Origin: Nostoc punctiforme PCC 73102
GTDB lineage: Bacteria; Cyanobacteriota; Cyanobacteriia; Cyanobacteriales; Nostocaceae
Reading direction: 5' to 3'
DNA length: 32,000 nucleotides
Assembly (NCBI RefSeq): GCF_000020025.1
Contig: NC_010628.1
Span: 1,590,001-1,622,000 of the forward strand
Below, piece after piece: positions 1-8,888 of this stretch (positions are counted from its first letter, which is position 1; the number at the start of each line of letters is the position of its first letter). A program made the position numbers and the translations under genes. The notes beneath the pieces were generated by a model. The model was not told the DNA's origin, ran no database searches, and saw nothing but the letters and a program-made list of their open reading frames with translations.

Positions 1-1752
1 GTCGTTGAAACAGAAAAATCCTCCTCTGTGCAATTAGAGGGTGAAGGACGAGTTCCCCAAGCATTAATTAAGCAAGTTGCATATTTAGCTTACCGACTCG
101 AAAAACGTTATCATGGCACTCCTCAAGATATTGAATGGAGCTACGACGGTCAAACGCTTTGGGTGTTGCAATCTCGACCAATCACCACTTTATTACCAAT
201 TTGGACGCGCAAAATCGCTGCTGAAGTGATTCCTGGAGTAATTCACCCCTTAACATGGTCAATTAATCGTCCTTTAACTTGTGGAGTTTGGGGAGAATTT
301 TTTACTATAGTTTTAGGCGATCGCGCTTTGGGGTTAGATTTTAATGAAACGGCAACTCTTCATTACTCCAGAGCCTACTTTAATGCATCCCTCTTAGGAA
401 ACATTTTTCTCCGTATGGGATTGCCGCCAGAAAGTCTGGAATTTTTAACCAGAGGAGCTAAATTAAGTAAACCGTCCTTGCAGTCAACCTGGGAGAATTT
501 GCCAGGACTAGGGAAGTTGCTAAAGCGGGAATTAAACTTAGAAAAAGACTTCAAGCAAGATTATCACCAACGGTTTATTCCTGGGTTGTCGCAGTTAGCG
601 CAAGAGAATGTAGATAATTTGGAACCAGCCAAGCTGCTAATCAGAATTGACTTTATTCTAGAGTTGCTGCGCCACGGGACATATTACAGTATTTTAGCTC
701 CCTTAAGTGCTGCCTTGCGACAAGCGATTTTTCGGGTGAAGGATGGCCAAATTGATAATAGCGTGACTCCAGAGGTGGCGGCATTGCGATCGCTCAGTGC
801 AATAGCTACAGATGCCAAGCAAGTATTGCTTGAGTTTGAACCACAGCAGGTATTTGAGCAGTTAAAGCAAACCCCAGAGGGAGAGAAAATCCTGCAAGAA
901 TTTGACGAATTGCTTCAGGATTACGGCTATTTAAGTGAAGTGGGAACTGATATTTCCGTTCCCACTTGGCGGGAAAATCCCCAGATGATTAAGCAGATGT
1001 TTGTGCAATTAATGCAGGGGAACGAACCACGATCGGGTGCTAAAGACGCGATTAATAGCATCTTTGCTGGTAAGCGCAAACGTTCTTTTGTCCAACGGCG
1101 TGTGGATATTAAAGGGCGAGTTACCGAGGTTTATTCACGGCTGTTAGCTGAATTGCGTTGGAGTTTTGTCGCTTTAGAGAAGATTTGGTTAAAGTCAGGC
1201 TTACTCCAGAAAGCAGGAGATATCTTTTTTCTCAACTTTGATGAAGTGCGGCGTTTAGTTGTAGGTGACGATTTTAGGTTAATTGAGGAGTTAGATAAGT
1301 TAGTGGAATCGAGGCGATCGCAATTCGTTCAAGATAGTGAGATCATTCAAGTGCCACTTTTAGTTTACGGCAATACACCTCCGCACCCCTTAGCTCCTTC
1401 TGCACTCTACTCTGACCAAATTTTACAAGGGATTGGAGCCAGTCACGGGCAAGCTGAAGGCAGGGTGAAGGTGTTGCGAAATTTACAAGACGTGCCAGAG
1501 ATTGACCGAGATACGATTCTGGTAGTACCTTACACAGATTCCGGCTGGGCCCCTTTGTTATTAAGGGCTGGAGGATTAATTGCCGAAGTTGGTGGACGGC
1601 TTTCTCACGGTGCGATCGTGGCTCGTGAATACGGAATTCCTGCTGTGATGGATGTTCGGGGTGCTACATGGCTTTTGCAAGATGGTCAACGGGTAAGGAT
1701 TGATGGATCTAGGGGTATTGTGGAATTATCTAACGATTTAAGACCCGAATGA
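1..1752 (+). CDS. PEP-utilizing enzyme, pyruvate-water-dikinase-like (5' end lies outside the window)
   Basis: Frame 1 is open from base 1, with no stop before the track ORF at 28. The translation shows the end of a PEP/pyruvate-binding domain (QDIEWSYDGQTLWVLQSRPIT). It also shows a C-terminal swivelling phosphohistidine domain (ILVVPYTDSGWAPLLLRAGGLIAEVGGRLSHGAIVAREYGIPAV). There is no C-terminal TIM-barrel domain. Confidence 0.85.
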   Translation, partial: VVETEKSSSVQLEGEGRVPQALIKQVAYLAYRLEKRYHGTPQDIEWSYDGQTLWVLQSRPITTLLPIWTRKIAAEVIPGVIHPLTWSINRPLTCGVWGEFFTIVLGDRALGLDFNETATLHYSRAYFNASLLGNIFLRMGLPPESLEFLTRGAKLSKPSLQSTWENLPGLGKLLKRELNLEKDFKQDYHQRFIPGLSQLAQENVDNLEPAKLLIRIDFILELLRHGTYYSILAPLSAALRQAIFRVKDGQIDNSVTPEVAALRSLSAIATDAKQVLLEFEPQQVFEQLKQTPEGEKILQEFDELLQDYGYLSEVGTDISVPTWRENPQMIKQMFVQLMQGNEPRSGAKDAINSIFAGKRKRSFVQRRVDIKGRVTEVYSRLLAELRWSFVALEKIWLKSGLLQKAGDIFFLNFDEVRRLVVGDDFRLIEELDKLVESRRSQFVQDSEIIQVPLLVYGNTPPHPLAPSALYSDQILQGIGASHGQAEGRVKVLRNLQDVPEIDRDTILVVPYTDSGWAPLLLRAGGLIAEVGGRLSHGAIVAREYGIPAVMDVRGATWLLQDGQRVRIDGSRGIVELSNDLRPE

Positions 1753-2096
1753 TTACCAATTCTCTGAAAGACTTACCAGAAGAATCTGTCTCTCACAATC
1801 CCGAAATCAAGAAAAAGGTGATGTTACGCTTCGGCGATTTGCCTCACCTAACTAACTTTTCTCAAGCGCGTTTTGCTCCCGGACAAACCGCACCAGGACA
1901 CGCACATCAAGATATGTGCGAAGTATTCTTTGTGGAAGCTGGTTCAGGAGTAATTCATATTGATGGTACAGAATACCCCCTGCTTCCAGGGAATTGCGTG
2001 GCGATAGAAGTGGGAGAAGTACATGAAGTTGTCAATAGTGGCTCAACTGAGCTTGTTTTGACCTACTTTGGTTTGCGTGTGGAAAAATCAGCGTAA
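1749..2096 (+). CDS. cupin domain protein
   Basis: 115-aa ORF whose ATG overlaps the upstream stop (ATGA at 1749-1752). Cupin metal-binding motifs are present (GHAHQDMCEVFFVEAGSG ... GEVHEVVNSG). Confidence 0.8.
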   Translation: MITNSLKDLPEESVSHNPEIKKKVMLRFGDLPHLTNFSQARFAPGQTAPGHAHQDMCEVFFVEAGSGVIHIDGTEYPLLPGNCVAIEVGEVHEVVNSGSTELVLTYFGLRVEKSA

Positions 2097-2110
2097 TTAT
2101 TGGAATATCA

Positions 2111-2158
2111 AAATATTAGTGAGGGTTCAACAATGTTGTGCCCTCACTAATATTTTGT
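2111..2158. terminator. bidirectional hairpin between convergent genes
   Basis: AAATATTAGTGAGGG (2111-2125) pairs perfectly with CCCTCACTAATATTT (2141-2155). A T-run follows on the plus strand and an A/T-rich flank lies on the other side. Confidence 0.6.
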
Positions 2159-2194
2159 GGATGTTGTTTAAAACAAAGATAAATTTGTAGAATC

Positions 2195-2551
2195 CTAATA
2201 TACCAAAGGTGTAGCGCCGCGCATCTGACGTAAAGAATTTATACAAGCAGGACAATCGCAGCCAAATAAGTTGATTGCCACATTGCTTTCTTCGTCATTG
2301 AACTCCAGCATGGGAGCATCTTCTTGAGAAAACTCTATTTCACGCTGATAGTTAGGAATTTGAGCCAATACAGAAGCCCTGGCACATACTAAACCCACTT
2401 TATGTTTATTGCGGATACAAGATAGACGGTCTGTGCTTTGGGTTGCTGGTTCTGGCTCTATAGCTTGTGCTTGATTCAGCATTACCCCCATAGAGAGAAT
2501 GGAGCTAATCAGCACAGGAGAAGAAAGCAAACTCAGTAAGAATTTGTTCAT
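2195..2551 (-). CDS. hypothetical secreted Cys-containing protein
   Basis: Track ORF 2195..2584. The internal ATG at 2551 gives MNKFLLSLLSSPVLISSILSMGVMLNQAQA, a typical signal peptide. I recognise no family. Confidence 0.5.
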   Translation of the reverse strand: MNKFLLSLLSSPVLISSILSMGVMLNQAQAIEPEPATQSTDRLSCIRNKHKVGLVCARASVLAQIPNYQREIEFSQEDAPMLEFNDEESNVAINLFGCDCPACINSLRQMRGATPLVY

Positions 2552-2688
2552 TGATTTTCTTATAAAACAATTGCGATCGCTCAAGTTATCCGATTAAATT
2601 TTACAGTGCAAGTAAAGCCTATCAGGAATATCACTAAGAGGTTGTTTGAAAAAGAGGTAAGGGAGCAGGGAGCAAAGAGGATACTTTT

Positions 2689-2852
2689 GTAGGGTGTGTT
2701 ATCGCGTCAGCGTAACGCACCGTCAGAGATTTTCAGTGTGTTATGGACTTTAAGGACTTACGTGAAAATAAAGTATCAGTAAACCGAGTGTCGAAACCCG
2801 TCTGGTTGGGATACTCTTAACCCGCAGATCCCTTAGTCCTAACGCACCCTAC
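2689..2852. mobile_element. MITE-like element with GTAGGGTGYGTTA terminal inverted repeats
   Basis: The left end is GTAGGGTGTGTTA (2689-2701). The right end is TAACGCACCCTAC (2840-2852), whose reverse complement GTAGGGTGCGTTA matches 12 of 13. There is an internal TAACGCACC copy and an AGGACTTACG fragment related to the 8349 element. The element has no ORF. Confidence 0.6.
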
Positions 2853-2900
2853 TTAAGATTTACTTTATAAATAGTCTCTTAATGGATTGAGGCTTATCTG

Positions 2901-3206
2901 CTAGCTAAAAAAATCTTTGTGAGCAGCAACAAGCATTTGAGCCTGTCTTAAAACGTTTCCGAATAAATAAATAGGAATCTGCCAAGCTGCAACAGTAACT
3001 TCTTTAACTATATCTTGTACACTAATTGCTATTAATTCATGCTCTGGCGGCTCTCCTTCAACGACACCAGACCAAGTAAAAGCTAATAAAAAATCATCCT
3101 CTCCAGGCAATGATGCAATTAAGCATTCTTCTGGCGTTGGCTGGCAAATAATCCCATATTCATTTGCAAGTTCTACAAGTTTTTGAAAGTTGTTTATGTT
3201 CGTCAT
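2901..3206 (-). CDS. hypothetical protein (101 aa)
   Basis: ORF only. I see no recognisable motif. Confidence 0.45.
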   Translation of the reverse strand: MTNINNFQKLVELANEYGIICQPTPEECLIASLPGEDDFLLAFTWSGVVEGEPPEHELIAISVQDIVKEVTVAAWQIPIYLFGNVLRQAQMLVAAHKDFFS

Positions 3207-3476
3207 TTTTCTTTTGGATGTAATTGAATTTCAGCTTTAGAAAAATCATATTTTTGTCTCCATCACTCAACTTAGTTGCTCCATAGCATAAATTAAAAAT
3301 TACGAATTATTAAGGAGTTATTGGAGTCTGATCGGGCTTAAGTCCAAAATCTTACCGCGATCGCTTGGTTGCATCAGCAACAATTGTTACTGTTTTAAAA
3401 AATTCTGAACTACCTACTTTTTCAGTTAACCTTATTTACATACACCTCCCTTCGTTATCATTTAAATATTGATGCC

Positions 3477-5705
3477 CTAACTTGATTCAGGCTGACGCAG
3501 TGCATTGAGTATTGCGATCGCTTTTGGGGGAACTGCTGTAAACCGAAGCAGAAAAAGATGCTCGTCAACATTAGACTGTTGGATCACCTTGGCATAGATA
3601 TGTTCTTCTTCTGTAGGCATTTCTGCTTCAATCAATAGCTTGAGTTTGAGATTACTCAATATTTCTAAAGAATCTAACGATCGCAATTGCGCCCCTTTTT
3701 CAGATAGGCTAATCAATGCTCCCAGAAATACTTTGCCCACTGCATATTTTCCCTGTAAAATGGTGTATTTTACAGGTACTTCTTGATTGAGAACGATCAT
3801 TTCATCATCATCATCAGGCAAGAATAAATTATATTTACCGCCAATGCCACGAATTTCACAAATTGTCACAGGGTGTCTCATCCCTTTGGGTTCTATTTGT
3901 AATTGCCCAGCAATTTGGAGGTCAATATTGGCATCTTTACAGGTATTTTCAGAAACTAAAATCTGTCCTCCCACTGTATAAGATTCAATTCGAGCAGCCA
4001 AATTAACATGACTGCCAATAACTGTATATTGAGCGCGTTTTTGAGAACCTACATTTCCTGCTACGGCTTCCCCTGTATTCATCCCAATTCCCATTTCGAG
4101 GATTGGGAAATTCATTTGTTGATTTTTTTCGTTTACTTGCTGCATTGCCAATTGCATAGCAATAGCACAAGCGATCGCTCTTTGGGAATCATCTATGCGG
4201 CTAATTGGCGCACCAAATATCACAAAAATGCCATCACCCATAAACTCATTAATCGTGCCTTTATATTGATTAATCACATCTGTCATTGTTCCCAAATAAA
4301 GATTCAAAATCTTTACTACTTCTTCAGGTGGCAATTGTTCGGAAATAGCCGAAAATCCTCTTAAATCAGACACTAAAACCGTAACTTTTCTCCGTTCTCC
4401 CCCTAGCTTTAACCCAGAAGGAGTTTCTAGGATATTAGAGACGATTTCATCAGTTAGATAGCGGCCGAGAGTTTTTCGCATCTCGGTAGCGCTTTGAGCA
4501 ATATACTGAGTAAGTGCGATCGCAGAACCAGCAAATGCCAGCAATGAAGGGACAACGGGAATCCACCAACCAGCCAAAAACGCAAGAAAACTACCACCAA
4601 TTAAACCGCCACCTGCTAGCAAAACACTAACAGCCATAAGGGTTTTCTGGTTGCTACTGTGGCGTTGTAACCAACACAAGCTAGCGCCAATAATTGACCA
4701 AATTAAAATTGATAGCCATTCTAGCGGCTCAGGTAAACACTCAATCGATGAACGATCGTCCATTGCCGTACTTAAAATTTGACTAATCAAATTAGCATGA
4801 ATTGTTATACCCGCCATTCGTTCTGGATCAGTCAAGACATTACTGCTATAAGGCGTATAGAATAGATCCTTCAAACTCTCAGCAGTAGCACCAATTAACA
4901 CCACCTTACCCCGCATTAAGTTTGGTGGGATGGGTTTATCTTGAACTTCGCCCAGAGAAACTTTAGTAAACTGTTGTATCCGTCCTCGGTAGTTCAACAG
5001 AACTTGGTAACTTCCCGCATCTGCTCGGACATAACCCCCATCATTAGCTTCAAAAATAGGGAAAACACCCTGCTTTAACTGCAAATAATTAGAGTTAGTT
5101 GCTGCTGGCTTGGCGGTAATCCCTTCAGGCTTTAAGTACAACAATGCCAGTTTTAACCCAAAGCTTTCGAGAATCTCGTCATTTTTTAAATTTACATATA
5201 ATAATGCTCGCCGAATTTTGCCATCCCCATCTATGGGTAAATCATTTGACCCAATTTGAGCGAGTCGCTTTAGTTCTGGAGACGAATCAACTGCCGAACT
5301 ATCAACAGTATCAGAGACTTTTTGGACTCCAATCAAATTTGGAGTAGATTTAAAGACCTTAAGTAAAGCTTCATGACCAGGATTGACGGGTAAATCACGA
5401 TAAATATCTAAACCAATCGCTCTGGGTTGTTGCTGTTTGATTTTTTCTAACAAACTGGCAAGTTTTCCATCAGACATAGGCCACTGTCCCTGCTTGCGGA
5501 CATCTGCCTCATTAATTTCAACTATGACGATGCGGGTATCAGGCGATTCTTGTGGACGAAGGAGAAAAAATTGATCTAGTGCTGCCAATTCCAACAATTG
5601 CAATAATCCAGTCAAGCGTAGTGCAATCACCAGGGCTGTAATATTAGGAACAGCAAGTAAAACACCACGCCATTGCCAGATTTGCGATTTCAGCTTTGCC
5701 CACAT
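3477..5705 (-). CDS. CHASE2 sensor-domain class III adenylate/guanylate cyclase
   Basis: N-terminal CHASE2 region (RIVIVEINEADV...WPMSDGKLASLLEKI...AIGLDIYRD) followed by a block of TM helices. The class III cyclase core is present (KVTVLVSDLRGFSAISE...INEFMGDGIFVIFGAP...GMNTGEAVAGNVGS...YTVIGSHVNLAARIES). A ~130-aa C-terminal extension follows. Confidence 0.9.
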   Translation of the reverse strand: MWAKLKSQIWQWRGVLLAVPNITALVIALRLTGLLQLLELAALDQFFLLRPQESPDTRIVIVEINEADVRKQGQWPMSDGKLASLLEKIKQQQPRAIGLDIYRDLPVNPGHEALLKVFKSTPNLIGVQKVSDTVDSSAVDSSPELKRLAQIGSNDLPIDGDGKIRRALLYVNLKNDEILESFGLKLALLYLKPEGITAKPAATNSNYLQLKQGVFPIFEANDGGYVRADAGSYQVLLNYRGRIQQFTKVSLGEVQDKPIPPNLMRGKVVLIGATAESLKDLFYTPYSSNVLTDPERMAGITIHANLISQILSTAMDDRSSIECLPEPLEWLSILIWSIIGASLCWLQRHSSNQKTLMAVSVLLAGGGLIGGSFLAFLAGWWIPVVPSLLAFAGSAIALTQYIAQSATEMRKTLGRYLTDEIVSNILETPSGLKLGGERRKVTVLVSDLRGFSAISEQLPPEEVVKILNLYLGTMTDVINQYKGTINEFMGDGIFVIFGAPISRIDDSQRAIACAIAMQLAMQQVNEKNQQMNFPILEMGIGMNTGEAVAGNVGSQKRAQYTVIGSHVNLAARIESYTVGGQILVSENTCKDANIDLQIAGQLQIEPKGMRHPVTICEIRGIGGKYNLFLPDDDDEMIVLNQEVPVKYTILQGKYAVGKVFLGALISLSEKGAQLRSLDSLEILSNLKLKLLIEAEMPTEEEHIYAKVIQQSNVDEHLFLLRFTAVPPKAIAILNALRQPESS

Positions 5706-5710
5706 AAGAT

Positions 5711-6520
5711 TTAGTGCTGAGTGGGGAATAGAGAGTGGGGAGTTGGGAATTCTGCTTTAGCCCCATGCCCTTCTTTCTTAGATGTGCAACAATCGATCAA
5801 TGGTTCTGAAGCGATCGCACTCAAACCTACTGACTTGAAAAATTGTCTCCAATCCAACCTCGTTTTAAAATTATTCGGCTCAGTCCGGCGTAGCTGCACC
5901 AAACTAGTCAGCGCTTCATGCCAAATCCCAGCTTCTGCATAGATGGTGGGTAACTTGTACACATTTGCCTTTGCTAACGCCTCCGACAATGATGAGCCTG
6001 GTTGAGTGCGTTCCACCCAACCTTCTACAGTCGGATTGTCGCTGGAGTCTTGAGTATTACAAACAATTGTTAGATACCAGTGATAAGTTTTACCTAGAGC
6101 AAGTGCAGGGGAACTCTCAGGAAGTTTGAAGCTAATAATTCCAGGTTTATCAGGAAGCGTAAAAGATGTTTCATAAAATACATTTTGGTCTTCAGCTAGC
6201 AGCACAAACTTAGCTGTTTTAACTTGAAATGGAGGTAAATACCAGAAAAATGTTGGATGTTGAGCAAATGTCAGTCCTAATTTATCTGGAGGCATTAAGG
6301 GAGTTATTAGTTTTTTCCCTATTAGGCAAGAGCCGCCACGGGTAGAACCACCAGCACTTGCAGGAGGTTTTCCTCGCTGTGGTGGCTTAAATGCCTGACT
6401 AATTTGCCAAGTTTTGTTGGGATGGTACGACTGAGCATGTACCTGTGCTGTTAAAGCAGAAAGCAAACCCAAAGGTAAGGAAAAGGGTAGAAAATATAGG
6501 AATGGTTTAATCCGTTTCAT
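5711..6520 (-). CDS. DUF928 domain secreted protein
   Basis: Signal peptide, then the DUF928-type pattern (GGSTRGGSCL...LTPLMPPDKLGLTFAQHPTFFWYLP...GKTYHWYL). The stop lies 5 bp upstream of the CHASE2 cyclase start. Confidence 0.8.
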   Translation of the reverse strand: MKRIKPFLYFLPFSLPLGLLSALTAQVHAQSYHPNKTWQISQAFKPPQRGKPPASAGGSTRGGSCLIGKKLITPLMPPDKLGLTFAQHPTFFWYLPPFQVKTAKFVLLAEDQNVFYETSFTLPDKPGIISFKLPESSPALALGKTYHWYLTIVCNTQDSSDNPTVEGWVERTQPGSSLSEALAKANVYKLPTIYAEAGIWHEALTSLVQLRRTEPNNFKTRLDWRQFFKSVGLSAIASEPLIDCCTSKKEGHGAKAEFPTPHSLFPTQH

Positions 6521-6640
6521 ATTGATAATGCCTAAGTTCTAAATTATTCAAGTGAATAAATCAAGTATTCCCAAAAGCAAGATCAAATTTTTCACTCAAC
6601 TACAAACTATTGGGCATAGGGCATTGGTTATTCTCCTCTA

Positions 6641-6728
6641 CTCCCCTGCTCCCTGCCCCCCTGCTCCCTGCCCCCTGCCCCCCTGCTCCCTGCCCCCTGC
6701 CCCCTACCTCTTCCCGCCCCCTCCCCCT
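6641..6728. repeat. tandem CCCTGC(C/T) heptamer tract (G-rich on minus strand)
   Basis: Reads as about ten CCCTGCT/CCCTGCC units with occasional extra C, ending CCCTACC TCTTCCC GCCCCCTCCCCC. It lies in the divergent intergenic region between 5711..6520 (-) and aroA (+). Confidence 0.9.
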
Positions 6729-6787
6729 TTTGGTCACAATATGGGAATATATAAAGTTGTAGCTAACCGCCTACGTAGAGGTTTAAC

Positions 6788-8068
6788 GTGGATACCATTG
6801 AAATTCCTGCTCTAAATCGGCCAGTGGATGCCACGGTAGAAATTCCCGGTTCTAAAAGTCTTACCAATCGGGCGTTGCTTGTGGCTGCTTTGGCACAAGG
6901 TGACTCCATTTTAGAAAATGCCTTATTTAGTGAAGATAGCGAGTATTTTGCTAAATGTTTAGAGCAATTAGGCATTCCCATTACACTGAATCCTCATCTA
7001 GCACAGATCCAACTAGCGGGAAGAGGAGGTGAGATTCCAGCTAAACAGGCAGATTTATTTGTGGGTTTATCAGGTACTACAGCACGGTTTATTTCGGCGC
7101 TGGTGGCGCTGGGTAACGGTGAATATCGTCTAGATGGCGTTCCCAGAATGCGAGAACGACCGATGGGTGACATGCTGACGGTGCTGGAAACGGGTGGAGC
7201 AACTGTTAACTTTGAGGGAAACTCTGGGTTTATGCCCTACACCGTCTATAGCCAGGGATTCGCTGGCGGAAATTTTTGCTTAAAAGCGAACCAAACAAGT
7301 CAGCAACTTTCGGCATTGTTGATGATTGCGCCTTACGCTCAACAGGATACGATTTTTGAGGTTGAGGGTACACTGGTTTCTCTGTCTTACATCAAAATGA
7401 CCTGTCGTCTGATGGCAGATTTTGGCGTAGAGGTAATTCAAATTGGCGATAATCAATTTCAGATCAAAGCGGGTCAACGTTACCAAGCTCAACATTATAC
7501 AGTAGAACCCGATGCGTCAAATGCTTCTTACTTTTTTGCCGCCGCCGCTGTCACGGGGGGACGGGTGCGCGTCAAACATTTGACTAAACAATCGTGTCAG
7601 GGTGATATTCTGTGGCTGAATGTTTTAGAACAGATGGGTTGCCAAATTAAGGATTCGGATGATTACACCGAAGTGACGGGGCCGAAGCAATTGCAAGGCA
7701 TCGACATTGATATGAATGATATCTCGGATTTGGTGCAAACATTAGCTGCGATCGCACCCTTTGCCAGTTCACCGATTACCATTCGTAACGTGGAACATAT
7801 TCGCTATAAGGAAACTGACCGAATTAAAGCTGTTGTCACAGAGTTGCGTCGGCTAGGGGTTCAGGTTGAAGAATTTCCAGATAGACTAAAAATTGAGCCT
7901 GGCCCCATTACCCCGGCGGAGATTGAAACCTATCACGATCATCGAATGGCGATGGCTTTTGCTGTCACTGGCTTGAAGGTTCCAGGAATTGTAATTAAAG
8001 ATCCTGGTTGTACAGCAAAAACTTTTCCAGATTACTTTACCAGATTCTTTCAAATGTTAGAACAATAA
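6788..8068 (+). CDS. aroA: 3-phosphoshikimate 1-carboxyvinyltransferase (EPSP synthase)
   Basis: 426 aa with a GTG start preceded by AGAGG. Motifs: EIPGSKSLTNRALLVAALAQG, GLSGTTARF, RYKETDRI, DHRMAMAF. Confidence 0.95.
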   Translation: MDTIEIPALNRPVDATVEIPGSKSLTNRALLVAALAQGDSILENALFSEDSEYFAKCLEQLGIPITLNPHLAQIQLAGRGGEIPAKQADLFVGLSGTTARFISALVALGNGEYRLDGVPRMRERPMGDMLTVLETGGATVNFEGNSGFMPYTVYSQGFAGGNFCLKANQTSQQLSALLMIAPYAQQDTIFEVEGTLVSLSYIKMTCRLMADFGVEVIQIGDNQFQIKAGQRYQAQHYTVEPDASNASYFFAAAAVTGGRVRVKHLTKQSCQGDILWLNVLEQMGCQIKDSDDYTEVTGPKQLQGIDIDMNDISDLVQTLAAIAPFASSPITIRNVEHIRYKETDRIKAVVTELRRLGVQVEEFPDRLKIEPGPITPAEIETYHDHRMAMAFAVTGLKVPGIVIKDPGCTAKTFPDYFTRFFQMLEQ

Positions 8069-8348
8069 GACATTGAGTTAAATAGGCCGTTAAAAACCGC
8101 ATCTACACGAGGCTTTACCCACCTCCGTGGGTTTCAAACACTCAATTTTTTTTAGCCCGCCTGCGCGGACTACCCTGCGGGAAGCTGCAAAGCGTCTATG
8201 TTTGTGTAGCCGCGAATTCCATTCACTGGGGCTTAAGTTGACACTAATGCTTCAGTCCTGACTACAAACGAACGTTTTTGATAAATCCAATAATCTTTTA
8301 TTCTTGATCGTTCTACAAAAATATTTTGGTTATTTAGTGACTATTTAT

Positions 8349-8488
8349 TAGGACTTACGCAAAATATCTCTTAAACTCTGATTTCCCCGTGCCCTCTGTG
8401 CCTCTGCGGTAGCCTGCGGCAAGCCACTTCTCTACGAGACGCTACGCGAACGTGTCTACGTTATTCCGTAACTCATGCGTAAGTCCTA
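8349..8488. mobile_element. 140-bp MITE with perfect 13-bp TIR TAGGACTTACGCA
   Basis: TAGGACTTACGCA at 8349-8361 and its exact reverse complement TGCGTAAGTCCTA at 8476-8488. TTTAT is present on both flanks (8344-8348 and 8489-8493). No ORF. Confidence 0.75.
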
Positions 8489-8642
8489 TTTATATTACAA
8501 ACTTAAATTTGATGTTATTTTACCTCTAATTAAAGTCTACTTAAACTCAGGATTCTAATATAAGGTGATTCCAACTATTTGGAGACTTATTTCCTCTGAT
8601 TCAAAAGAGAAAAATCATTCATTTTTATTACTGATTAGAACA

Positions 8643-8778
8643 CAATACGCTTGGGTTAAGAAGAATAGTAGGTTGGGTTGAGCGTAAGCCTTACCCAACA
8701 ATGCCTTGATAATTTTGGGTTTCGTTTCTCAGCCCAATCTACACAACTTTTATTTTTATCCTTAACTGAACCGTATTG
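8643..8778. mobile_element. 136-bp MITE flanked by 10-bp direct repeat GATTAGAACA
   Basis: Left end CAATACGCTTGGGTTAAG. The reverse complement of the right end is CAATACGGTTCAGTTAAG (15 of 18 match). GATTAGAACA occurs at 8633-8642 and again at 8779-8788. There is a long internal imperfect hairpin (GTAGGTTGGGTTGAG / CTCAGCCCAATCTAC). Confidence 0.75.
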
Positions 8779-8888
8779 GATTAGAACAGTAATAAATGCC
8801 AATTTGGGAAATAAGTAAATTAGAAAAAACTCTTTCTATACCTTGCAGTGTGAATTGCTTACAGAAGTTTATTCTGAGAAAAATTGAG

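Noticed and set aside
3787-5347. Antisense ORFs inside the cyclase gene. Similar ones occur inside the 1038-aa gene, the permease, aroA, phoD and the hydrolase genes
   Set aside because: They lie entirely within much longer, motif-supported CDSs on the opposite strand and show low-complexity translations.
6552-6815. 87-aa Pro/Cys-rich ORF (PAPCPPAPCPLPPCSLPPAPY)
   Set aside because: It is the translation of the CCCTGCC heptamer tract. It overlaps the aroA start and has no RBS or other coding signal.
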